A stretch of DNA of 64,000 bases from assembly GCF_006345805.1 (NCBI RefSeq), contig NC_042997.1, positions 83,824,001 through 83,888,000 of the forward strand, read 5' to 3'. Both the position numbers and the translations under genes were made by a program. The notes beneath the pieces are model-generated. The model had not been told where the DNA came from. It made no database searches and worked only from the letters and a program-made list of their open reading frames with translations. Shown piece by piece: positions 27,990 to 40,054 of this stretch. Origin of the DNA: Octopus sinensis (lineage: Eukaryota). The first letter of the stretch is position 1, and the number at the start of each line of letters is the position of its first letter.

Positions 27990-28545
27990 GCTAGTGTGTT
28001 GTGACAAAAGTTAGACATAAGAGGAATTAAATGCGGTGTGCAAGAGAGAAGACTGCACTGGTTTGGTCATGTGACCAGGAAGACATGGGATGAGATACTG
28101 AAGGGTGATCTCAGGACACTAAACCATATGGGAGAGATGACAAAGGATTGAGATATCTGACACACTGCTGTACTGAAGAAGACCTGTCTTCCAAAGCAGA
28201 TGTGTTAATGCCGCTTCCCCTGCTGAAGAGGATTGGTCTGCAAGAGCCCTGAGCCAGCATCATGTAAAAATCACCTGTGTCAGCATCAAGTAAAGGGCAT
28301 CTGTACTAGTTCTATATGATGGCTCCCATGCTGGCACTACATAAAAGGTACCCATGCAACTGCCATGTAAAAAGCACTGAGCACACATTGTAAAGTGGTT
28401 GGTATTAGGAAGGGCATCCAACCATAGAAACCATGCCAAATCAGAGTGGAACCTGGTGCAGCTCTCTGGCTTGCCAACTCTGGTCACACTGTCCAACCAA
28501 TGCCAGCAAGGAAAACACATTAAAGGATTATGATGATGATGATGA
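27990..28545 (+). mobile_element. LINE (RTE/L2-like) 3' fragment with family C tail
   Basis: KLDIRG...QERRLHWFGHV...KTWDEILKGDLR remnant, followed by the family C 3' UTR and (GAT)n. Confidence 0.7.
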
Positions 28546-28861
28546 AGTATATAAGTTTTACAGTTAATAATTCCACAAACCAAAAAAACAATTGGTCGTT
28601 TAACAGACAAGGCACTGATCTCATACAGGACTGGATGGTCATTTAAAAAGCTTGGTGATCTTTAGCTAAAGTAAACTGAAGCACAGTTCAGTATATTTAG
28701 TAGGCACTAAGATAGTTGCATGGTAAAGTGTTTGCTTCCTAACCACATGGTTCTGGGCTCAGTTCTACTGTGTGGCACTTTGAGCTGGTCTCTTCAATAG
28801 CATCAGGCCAACCAAAGCTTTGTGAGTGGACTTGATAGATGGAACCTGAAAGAAGAACATC

Positions 28862-28892
<31 letters not shown>

Positions 28893-29220
28893 TGTACATT
28901 TGTGCTTCCTTGTCTTTACATCAGCTGATAGTTGTAAGTAATTATCACCATCACACAAGTAGAGCCATTCAACAACAATATTCTGTAAAAAAAATATGGG
29001 GAAATATTATCTTGCTTGGAAGCAGGTAAGGATTGGTGATTGGAAGGGCATCTGGCTGTAGAAAATTTGCTTCAATAAACTCCATCCAACCCATGCATGT
29101 ATGGAAAAATGGATGTTAAAATGATAATGATGAGTATTACTCCTCTACAGGTCAAACAAACTTGGAGTTCAATACTTCATACATGTAGTCATATAACTAA
29201 TCACTCCATAATTGCCCACA

Positions 29221-29290
29221 GGCATATGGCGTAGTGGTTAAAAGCATGGGCTACTAACCCCAAGATTCTGAGTTTGATTCCAGGCACTGA

Positions 29291-29332
<42 letters not shown>

Positions 29333-29420
29333 TGATGATGATGATGATAATAATATCAAAAAATACTTTAGGAATGAGAACCCAGGTTGAAGGATGGAGG
29401 GTATATCAGCCAAAATTGTG
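29221..29420 (+). mobile_element. tRNA-headed SINE (family G) with internal (AAT)n
   Basis: A-box tggcgtagtgg (29227-29237) and B-box gagtttgattcc (29270-29281), then a microsatellite and a short tail. Confidence 0.65.
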
Positions 29421-30146
29421 TTATCTGTCAAAATGTAAATAATGTATATAATTAATCTGTTGAGTACCTATATCATTACATCAACATTTAACAACCATTT
29501 TCCATGCTGGTATGAGTTGGACAGCTTGACAGAAACTGCCAAAGCCAGGAGCTGCACCAGGTTCCTTAGTCTGTTTTGGCTTGGTTTCTACAGCTGGATG
29601 CCCTTCCTTACGCCAACCACTTAACAGAGTGTACCAGGTGCTTTTTACATGGCATCAGACCCACACCAATGCTTTTTACATGACACCTTGGTTTTAGGAT
29701 CTACCTTACAATCATTGTATCTGACTTAGATTATCAATCTGCTATTATGGATCTCAATAGGAGAACAACAGTCTTGATGAGACCTCATTAAATCTCTACA
29801 TGTTTTTGTGGTTGTTGCTTAACCCACAGATCAACCCTGATCAAGCAGACCTGTTATTTTGAGATATCTTTTATCATTTACTTCTTACAGTCATTAGACT
29901 GTAGCCATGCTAGGACACCACCTTGAGGGGTTTTAGTCAAACAAATTGACCCTAAAGTCTTTTTTTAACCCCGGTACTTACTCTATTGGTCTCTTTTGTC
30001 GAACTGCTAAGTTATGGGGATGTAAGCACACTAGCACTGTGTGTCAAGTGGTGGTGGGGGTACAAGCATATACACAGATATATATATATGTGTATATATA
30101 TACATACACACACATACACATATACGATGGGTTTCTTTCAGTTTCT

Positions 30147-30377
30147 TATTTCTTTATTGCCCACATGGTGCTAAACATAGAGGGGACAAACAAGGAAAGA
30201 CAAAGGGATTAAGTCGATTACACTGACTCCAGTGTGTAACTGGTACTTAATTTATCGACCCTGAAAGGATGGACAGCAAAGTCGATCTCGGCGGAATTTG
30301 AACTCAGAACGTAATGGCAGACGAAATATCGCTAAGCATTTCTCCTGGCGTGCTAATGTTTCTGCCAGCTCGCTGCC
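30147..30377 (-). mobile_element. Full-length SINE family B nested in a SINE A, 15-bp TSD
   Basis: TSD tttctttcagtttct at 30132-30146 and 30378-30392; the host SINE A continues on both sides. Confidence 0.9.
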
Positions 30378-31107
30378 TTTCTTTCAGTTTCTGCCAACCA
30401 AATATACCCACAAAGCTTTGGTTAACCCAAGGCTATAGTAGAAGGCATTTGCCCAAAGTGCCTGAAGTGTGACTGAACCAGGAACCATGTGGTTGGGAAG
30501 CAAGCTTCTAACCATACAGCCATACCTGTGCCTATATGTTGAATTACACTATCCAATATGCCATTTCTTTATTGAAGATATGAAATATGTAATATGTGGG
30601 AAATTTAGCTGCTATTTCTAGACAGTTGAGTGACTATGCAGAAGCTTCCTGATCAAAATACTAAACTAAGTTATGTATATTGAATTTGATTAAATTTTCT
30701 AAGTCCAAACTCAGTTACTTCTAGCCTTTGCCAAAGTGTGAAATATTTGGTAATATAATTCTAAGATTTAAGAATAAAGGGTGTAGCTTTTGTTGTTTAA
30801 CCCTGAGTCAGGTCTGGCCAAAGAGACCAAGGATCAAAAGTAATCACAACCTTGCTGACTTAAAAGACAGCAAGATTGTGATTTGATGGAGATTTAGCTG
30901 TAATTTCTACAGACTTCTTTGTTGGCTCAGCGCAGGAGATATATTTGTTTAAAGGAACAATAAAGGTTCTGTTGCTAGGTGACTGGGCCAGTTTATATAT
31001 ATATGTTAGGAATAATAACTTAGCATGGAATTAATGGAAGTAACTTCAATAATTTATTTGATTTACTTCAATTCAGATACTGCTGCAATTGTTGTTGTTC
31101 AGCCTGA

Positions 31108-31148
<41 letters not shown>

Positions 31149-33310
31149 ACAACAACAACAACAATAATCATAATAATAATCACAATAATCATGATGATGA
31201 TGGTGGTAGTAGTAATAATAGTGGTGGTGGTGGTGGTGATGGTGGCACTGACAGTGGGTTAAGAACATTGATTGCACAAAATGTAATTCTTTTGTTCTGC
31301 AATACTAGGTTCAATGCTGTTGGAATTTTTCTAATTGTTAAACAATAGTTGATAGGAATTTTCAACACGTCCTCCACCACCAATCCCCACCTCAACCCAA
31401 CCCCCCACCAAACACCCTCTGCCACTGCTGTCCATTAAGTGTAAGATAGCAAGTTTCTAAGATAATGAAGTAATGCATGCATGTGTGTATGTGCTTGTAT
31501 ATGTATGTATAAATGTGTGTGTGTTTATATGTACATATATATATATATGCACATATGTGTGTAATGACAGAAAAAGAGTGTTATAAATACAGATATTTCA
31601 CACATGGTTGGCTGTTCTCATAGATTACCCAATGCATAACTTTCCATCATCACCATTTGCTGCTCCCTCTCGAAATAAAGCATGAAGAAGATTAAGCTAT
31701 CAAACAAAAAGTTAGCGAATGAAAGAAATTTCTCGATAAATGAACCGTACAATCTATTGTGCAATAGATAATCTCATAACCATATCTCAATACCCAAGAT
31801 ATCGCTTAAAAAAATAATTTAAATAAATAAATTAATTAAACCCCCTCCAAAAAAAACACTCAAAATTATTGTTTGTATATATATGTGTGTATGTGCGTGC
31901 GTTGATATATATGTATTTTCAAATGCCAAAAATCCATGTAAAAATAACTTGACAATATACAAACAATAATAAGCCAAGTGGAAGCAATGAAGAGAATGGT
32001 AAATCTCCAAGATATTCATACATTCATACAGTGATATAGCAAAATGAATAGCATTCTTGCCACCACCAACACCAATGCCACCCCTGCTCTCCCTCACAAC
32101 CCTCATCATAATGCTACATCCATCCACCCGCTACTTCCCCACCCACCAAAATGCTGCTGCCGCCAAATGCCTGCTTTACTCAATGCAAACTGTACTGATG
32201 CTAATAACATGGACCGAGTTGAAGCTGAAAGCCGATAACTTGTCGGCAACACCGACTTGCAGATGTCAGTAACAGCAAGATTTATGGCTATTAACAATTC
32301 CATCCACGAATTCGAGAATGTGCAGTGTGCAGACATTGTCTCTGTGGCAGTGTCTTTGATTGCTTCTGCTGAGAATAGAATAGAATAGTGTTCTCTGGAT
32401 GAGATGACAGGAATGCAATGGTTGTGGTGATGGTGTTGGTGGTGGAAGTGAGAGAAAAGAGGATGAGGAAAAAATATTCAAAAATAAAAAAAAAGGAAAA
32501 AAATTTTTTTATATCTTTCAGAGGAAGAAGTAAAGAAAACAGAGGGATATTTGGGTGGAAGGGTGAGATGGAGAGTGAGTGAGTATTGGTCATATAGATA
32601 GACTGTATTGGTCGAACAGTAAGCCTTCCAACAATAATCTAAACAATATTAGCAGCAAAAATGAGCTGAGGGGAGCATCCTCAATGAGTATTCCCCTGCT
32701 AGAAATAGCAACCTAACTCCCTTTAAGTCACACCTCGACATCCTAAACAAAAAGGAAAAGACACACTGGCTATTACACTAGAGATGAAACAAATGATCAG
32801 ATGGTCACAATTGGAATGCCATGGATCACAGGTCTGCTCAATGAGTGCTAATAACCTGTGGCTAAATAACAACAGGAAGAAAAAATAACAACTGTAGAAC
32901 TGTAATACAGTTGTCATGAAAATACATTACATCAAATTTATTTTGAAACCAGTAACACCACCACAATGATGATAATGGAGGCTAGTGTGAAGAAAACGTG
33001 ATCTTGACAATGATGTCATCATCTTAATATTATTGAATTCTGAGGAGGTAAGCTGGCTGAATCGTTAGCACACTGGATGAAATGCTCAATAGCATTTTGC
33101 CTATCTTCACGCTCTGAGTTCAAATAATAATAATGGCTTTCAATTTTGGCACAAAGCCAACCATTTCGGGGGGAGGGCATAAGTTGATCACATTGAACCC
33201 ATCCACTGAAATGATGAAAAGCGAAGTCAATCTCGGCAGAATTTGAACTCAGAATATAAACACAGATGAAATGCTGCCAAGCATTTTGCCCACTGCCTCT
33301 TAATAAAAAC

Positions 33311-33343
<33 letters not shown>

Positions 33344-33612
33344 TAATAATAATAATAATAATAATAATCCTTTCTACTAGAGGCACAAGGCCTGAAATTT
33401 GGGGGCAGGGAACTAGTCAATTACATTGACCCTGGTGTTTCACTGGTACTTAATTAAATTATTATTGACCCCCAAAAGGATGAAAGGCAAAGTTGACCTT
33501 GGCAGAATTTGAACTTAGAATGTAGGGGCAGATGAAATACCACTAAGCTTTTCCCCTGGTGTGCTAATGATTCTGCCAGCTCACTGCCATAATAATAATA
33601 ATAATAATAATA

Positions 33613-33815
33613 ATTAAAAAAATATTCAGACAAATATATAACAAAAACACCAGGACTTACAAATACATATAACATACAGAAAATTGCACACATTCTACGC
33701 AGAACACTTTCCATACAATAACCATCAGAGCATCACAACAAATCACAGCACATACCCAAGGCACACAGAGCTGCGCTCGGTAGTGAAGTGAAAGCACGCT
33801 ATAAAAATAAAACTA

Positions 33816-33818
<3 letters not shown>
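33613..33818 (+). mobile_element. R4/Dong-like retrotransposon 3' fragment 3
   Basis: IKKYSDKYITKTPGLTNTYNIQKIA-HILRRTLSIQ* matches the QKIxLLGTAHILR-type C-terminus; the 3' UTR ends in (AAT)n and (AAT)n also lies upstream. Confidence 0.7.
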
Positions 33819-33846
<28 letters not shown>

Positions 33847-34939
33847 TAATAATAATAACCCTTTCTACTATAGGCACAAGGCCTGACATTTTTTGGGGGA
33901 AGAGACAAGTCAATTACATTGACCCCAGTGCTCATGTGATACTTGTTTTATTGACCTTGAAAGAGGTAAAAGTCAACATCAACCTCAACTGCATTTGAGC
34001 TCTGAATGTGAAGACGACTGCAATACTGCTAAGTATTTTGTCCAGGATGCTAACAATTTTGTCAGTTCTTTGCCTTACTAATAATTATAATAATAAATTC
34101 TAACACAGACACAAGGCCAGAAACTTGAGCAGAGGGAAACAGTTATTTCAACCCCAGTTTTCAACTGGAAGGTTAAAAGGTGAAGTTGACCTTAATCTGA
34201 TTTAAAACCAAACATTCGGGGCTGTAACTAAATACTAAACATCTTTAAAATCATCATCACCATCTTCTTTCAATTGTTGCTATGCTTTCATGGTTTGGAT
34301 GGAATTGCTCCAGAATGATGCTTTGCCACTCATTTATCAATTCATTTGTGAAGATCAATATCAAGAGATTAGCTTCCCTCACTTTTTCCTAAATCCTCCT
34401 CTTCTCTAGGTTGCTTCCAAATGAATTTCCTATTACTTCTTTAACTCATCAGTTATCCTTCATGAGCAGCACATGTTCATAACAGCATGGTTTTCTCTCT
34501 TCACTCAGTCATTTCCTTTTATTACCCAGTTTTTCTTTGTTCATTTGTGCTTCATCGTTCATGCATTCTAACATTGCACATCCAGCAGGGCATACTTGCT
34601 TAATTCCTTTCTAGTTTTGCAAATCTTGTATAATCTATGTTCATATTTTGCCACTATGCAATATCACACTTTGAGGACAAGCATTGTACATTCTGCTCTT
34701 CAACCAAAGGTAATAACACCCTTGTTCCATGTACAGTTAACAAATTCCTGAATTTTTTCCATCCTGATCTTACCCTGACTACAATACTTTGATTAGGTTA
34801 CATAGATAACAGACACTGTCAAATAATTTTAAAGGTTTTCTGGAATTTGATAAAATTCATTTCATTGATGTTCATACTGCTAACTAATCATATGCCTCAG
34901 CTACATAAACAGTCCTATACGCAATCTCACTGCATCTCT

Positions 34940-35340
34940 TGTCATCATCATCATTTAATGTCTGTTTTCTATGCTGGCATGGGTTGGATGGTCTAATTGA
35001 AGATGGTTAGCTGGAGAGCTGCCCAGGCCTCATATCTGTTTTGACATGGTTTCTATAGCTGGATGATCTTCCCAACATCAACCACTTCACACAGTGTACT
35101 GGGTGTTTTAGACAGCACCGACATGGGTGCTTTTTACATGATACTGGCACGTAAAGCCTGCAAGATTAGGAATGCTCAGCTGAAGAGGGATGCAGGGGAC
35201 ATGCCTGCATGCAAGGATGACCATGTATTTACTTAGCTAGATGTGTCTTCTTAAGCACAGCAAACTGCCAGAAGTCTCAGTCCCTTGCTATCCCTTCTGT
35301 GAGGCCCAACATCTGAAGATCATTTCTCACCACTTCTTGT
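34940..35340 (-). mobile_element. LINE 3' end (RT C-terminus + family C tail)
   Basis: Minus strand EVVRNDLQMLGLTEG...FWQFAVLKKTHLAK*, then the family C UTR ending in atgatgat. This suggests family C is this LINE's 3' end. Confidence 0.7.
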
Positions 35341-38300
35341 GCTCCTATAATTTTCAGTGAGTACACAGTACAGAAATCCTGCTTACATCTTTTCTGCATA
35401 TCAAGCATGCATCTTCCCAACTTCTAAAGATGGCAGTAGAATTCACTATTTTAACTTCTATTAAATTCCATTCACATCAGGGATACACTTTAGCTATATG
35501 GATAAGGTCACCTGTATGTAGGAGTTCCAACAGACAGCCTGTCTTGAACTCTCCTGTTATGGCCTGGGGAAGTATGATAATTAAGATGGTTCTGAGAGCC
35601 AAGCAAACATGAACATCAACATACATGCTGAATTCATTACTGAATTTGCTAACTCACCAGTTCCCCAGTATATAGCTTCAGCTGCTCTCACAAGTACACT
35701 GGCTTTCTAGAACAGGCTCTGAGAAGATTTTGGAAAATGTAAAAAGATTGCATATGAGTTTCTAGATGAAAAACACTAACATTTTCAATTGATGTAATCA
35801 GTCATCTAAATTTGAACTGCAGAGTAAGAACAGTGTTTCCCTCAAAAGATTTGAAACAGTTTCTGCACTTTCCTATATGATATGGTACTGCATAGACATT
35901 GTTTGAATCATATTTACATTCATTTCAAAGGAAGTGAGGATTTCTTTAATGTAAGAGGAAAAAAAAAAAAAACTCTAATCCCTTCTTTTGTCATTCATTT
36001 CTGTATTGTAACAGAATCATTACTGGATTGGGCTTTTGACTTCGAAAAATTTCAACAGGATGTTAAGAACAACATGGATGTGTTGAGCATAATGGTAATT
36101 TACCAAAGCACAAGGGGAAATTGGGTTATTGAAAGAATCATTCGAAATTGCTTTCATGATATAACTAAAGAAGAAGACTGCATTCTCACATTTATAAATT
36201 AGTGAATAAGAAGAAAAAAATCAAGAAAATGCCTAGTAACATATAAATGGGACTTATTGACTTCAAAACAAATTCATTATTGGAAATGAAATTTGATGAG
36301 CTTCCATAATTTCCAGATGGTGTTGACATTTATGACGATCATTATACACTGTGAACATTTTTCAGAACTAAGATAATTTGCCCAGAGTTACATCTGTCAT
36401 TTTGGAATGATGTACAAACATTTTCATTCATGAAATTAATAAAAAATAAGAGAAAGTTGTGATTTCCTTCAATCATTTACATTCCATTTTCCCATGCTGG
36501 CATGGGTTGGATATGGATTTGTGGCAGGATTTTCTGGACAGATCACCAACCCTTAGCTCTTTTTCAAGTATCATATCTTTTTTACTTCATAAGTCTTCAA
36601 AAGCACAGAACAGCAAATTGAAATGTCAAAAAGGAATGTAAGCATCATAACACTTTTTGTCAAGCAACTACAAGCATGGACTATCAACCTTCATGATAGG
36701 CTTCCTAGTTTTCAACTGTGAAGTTACCAACTTCACTTGCATAGCACTTGCTGTAGTAGAAGACACTTACTCAAGGTGCTGCACAATATGACCAAACTCA
36801 AGACCCTGTATGTGGTTGTAAATAAAAACCTATGATTGACTAATTCCAATGATTTAATAACACTTATGCCATTTTTGTATTAAACAAATATATTAAATAA
36901 AAATGCTAAATATATCTTCCAATCTCAAGAAGAAGTACCTCCTTGAAGAATTTTTGTCAAAGAAATTAACCCTAGTACTTTTCTTTTAAGCATGGTACTT
37001 ATTCTCTCAGTCTCAGTTATCAAGTAGTGGTGGAGACAAACACACACACACACACACACATACAGAGGCTTCTTTCAGTTTCTGTCTAACAAATCCACTC
37101 ACAAGACATTAGCTGATCTGAGGCTATATTAGAAGATATTTTCTCCAAGATGTTGCTCAATGGGACTGAATATGGAACCATATCTATATTAATATATTTT
37201 GTACATGAGTTGAATGGTGTGGAGAGGCGCTAGATTGAATACAATGCATGACAAAGCTGTTGCACAGAAAGCAAAATGGTATCCACTGTTGGGTTAAGAG
37301 GATAAAACTACATATCTTGGTTCTGCATTATATCTTTTGAGGAGTGCAAGTGGTTAAAAATTAATCTTACTTTTCCAAATCTTATATGATTAATCTATAC
37401 TTCTTCCACCTCAAAGTGCTTTTTTTTCATTTGGAATGCATTAATAATTCACATGGTACCTGTTAAAGTATCCTAGTTTTTATCTGCTTCAAAACTAGTG
37501 GACCACTGCTTAGTAAAAAAATGCACACAAAGAAAACAAAAATAAGTTAACGAAGATAGGAGTAAGAAAAGATATCAATAAAAAGTCTATAAAAACAAAG
37601 TTAGATGATTAACTGAATTCTTTCATCTATGAATAAATAAGAATGAAGAAGGAATCAACAAATTAATAAAGTCTTAAGAGAAAGTTTTTGAAAACTCATA
37701 GAAAGAAAGTAGAAAACAAAACCAATTTAATCTGGTCTCAATAACTGAAAAAGAAAAAAAAAACATTCCTTTCCCATGATGCTTCTCAAAATGATTTCAG
37801 CAAATGAAAATGGCTGTAGGGAATGAAATATTCACTTCTTACTAACTTTTCTCTCCCTCCCCCTCTCTCTCTCTCATACACACACACCAACTAAATTAAT
37901 AATGTCATTATTAAAAATGCCAACACAGAAGTGGAAAGTATTACCACCTGAATAATCAGAAGAGAGAAGATGACAAGAGAATTCATAGCAAACACAAGGA
38001 TAACGCAAGCAATTTCTATTTACATATATAATCTTGCCCAGTCATGATTCCAATCAGATGCTTAATATTAAGTCTGTGTATGGAAGAAGCACCAGAGTAT
38101 TGTATAGTTTGCTCTCCTGTTATTTGTTAATAACCTTTAACATGGGGAGACATACTGAATTAGTGGATAAATTGTTGGACTTTTAGTTAAAGAATTGTAA
38201 AACTCTGGACCATTAAATAGCATTGCTACTGATCTAAGCTGCAGTTTTAGAAAGGCACAAACAGAACATGTAGAAGTTTACCTTGCCACTGGGAAATTAG

Positions 38301-38820
38301 AAGGGAAAAAGAGGCACAGGTATGGCTGTGTGGTAAGAAGCTTGCTTCTCAACCACATGGTTCTGGGTTCAGTCTCACTGTGTGGCACCTTGGGCAAGTG
38401 TCTTCTGCTATAGCCTCAGGCCAACCAAAGCCTTGGTAGTGGATTTGGAAGATGGAAACTGAAAGAAGCCTATCATCTATATACATGTGTGTGTGTATAT
38501 TTTTGTTCTTCACCGCTGCCTGACAACTGGTGTTGGTCTGTTTACATTCCGATAACTTAGTGGTTCAGCAAAAGACTCTGACAGAATAAGTACCAGGCTT
38601 CAAAAAATAAATAAAATATAATAAGGACTGAAGTCGGTTCATTTGATTAAAGACCCTTCAAGGTGGTGCCCCAGCATGGCCACAGTCAAATGACTGAAAC
38701 AAGTAAAAGATAAAAAAAGAATGGTAAAAATGAAAATCTTGCAATAACATAAAGTGACTTTGGAAAGGAGCATGAGTCAGTTGCATTGATTCTGGTGTAT
38801 GTGTATATATATATATATAT

Positions 38821-39017
38821 ATATTAGAAGGTTTGGAGATGATGTACAGGTATTATATATTAGAAGAAATAAGGTACTCAGAAATCTGGAATATTTCCAG
38901 AAATATTTCCAGATTTTTATTAATAAAAATCTATAAATATAAAACCATCCAGATTTCTGAGTACCTTATTTCTTCTAATATATAATACCTGTACATCATC
39001 TCCAAACCTTCTAATAT
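38821..39017. repeat. Perfect 70-bp inverted repeat in a (TA)n tract
   Basis: 38821-38890 is the exact reverse complement of 38948-39017; 57-nt spacer. Confidence 0.95.
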
Positions 39018-39282
39018 ATATATTTATGTCTCCACACTATCCATTTGTAATAACAAAATATGAACTCCTATCAGAATCTACATACCATGGACAAGAAGCA
39101 TTTTTACCCATTTTACACAGCATTTTCCTTGGATGATGAAACTGCAACTGTAATATCCTACATATATTTTTATTGTTATTTTTATTCTCTTATTTCCTTT
39201 TATACTTCTTACACCCATCCTTTTCCAAAATAACTCCTTATATTGAACTCTACTATTTCCCTCTAGTTAACTCTCTCATATC

Positions 39283-39329
39283 GTCTGTGATGAAGGGATA
39301 TCCCAATATCTCAGAAACAGCTGTAAGAC
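39283..39329 (+). ncRNA. Type-I hammerhead fold H2 (core C3G, probably inactive)
   Basis: gtct / GUGAUGA / gggatat-ccca-atatctc / GAAA / c-agct-g / UA / agac. Confidence 0.7.
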
Positions 39330-39399
39330 TACCTTTCTATTTATGTCCTATAAATTCCACACAGCCTTGGCTTTGTTGTCTCATTTTATTTAATATATT

Positions 39400-39432
<33 letters not shown>

Positions 39433-39665
39433 CACACAAAGTATGGGGTTTAGTTCACACAAGTGATCTAAACGATTATGTACACTAACTAGGTAAGTGG
39501 TGTAATGGATTACTGGGGGTCCAAGGTCATAGCTAAGATGGTAGTTATGGAAGCATTGCAGATTTCTGATGCAGTGGATATGTAATTGTTAAACAGGACA
39601 GCAAACATTAAGGCAAGGCAAACATCTCAAGTCATATACAATATTATTATAGGAAGAAATTCAAA

Positions 39666-39721
39666 ATCTTATGTCTGTTTCTGGGATAGCCCCGAGTATG
39701 GGATATTCTGTCATCAGAGAC
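39666..39721 (-). ncRNA. Type-I hammerhead fold H3 (core intact, stem III broken)
   Basis: Minus strand gtct / CUGAUGA / stem II / GAAA / cagaca (partner copy has cagctg) / UA / agat. Confidence 0.6.
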
Positions 39722-39998
39722 AAATAGGGAAAATGAGAATGGTATATATTAATAAGATGACGATATAGAAGAAGGGAGTAAAAGAACAAAAGAAGAAAAA
39801 AGAAGCATAAAAGTTCATAGATCAACTTCCCAAAGTTATAGCAATCAGAGCATGAGCCATTAGGTGCAATCCTGTAATAATATATCCTATGAACTTTTGT
39901 GCTTTGTTTTTCTTATTTCTTTGCATCTCCTTATTCTTTTACTCCCTTCCTCTATGGTCTTATCTTATTAATATATACCATTCTTATTTTTCATATTT

Positions 39999-40054
39999 GT
40001 CTCTGATGACGGAATATCCCATACTCAGGGATATTTCAGAAACAGCTGTAAGAT
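39999..40054 (+). ncRNA. Type-I hammerhead ribozyme H4 (core intact, minimal stem III)
   Basis: gtct / CUGAUGA (40003-40009) / 10-bp stem II ggaatatccc..gggatatttc / GAAA (40039-40042) / c-agct-g / UA / agat. Confidence 0.85.

Noticed and set aside
29221-29290. Possible tRNA genes at SINE heads (also 54670-54746)
   Set aside because: They continue into SINE bodies and lack a complete acceptor stem, so they are SINE heads, not tRNA genes.
32106-32336. Minus ORF containing INLAVTD, resembling the rhodopsin-GPCR TM2 motif
   Set aside because: No other GPCR helices or motifs, no convincing donor site, and all three minus frames are open nearby because of low complexity.
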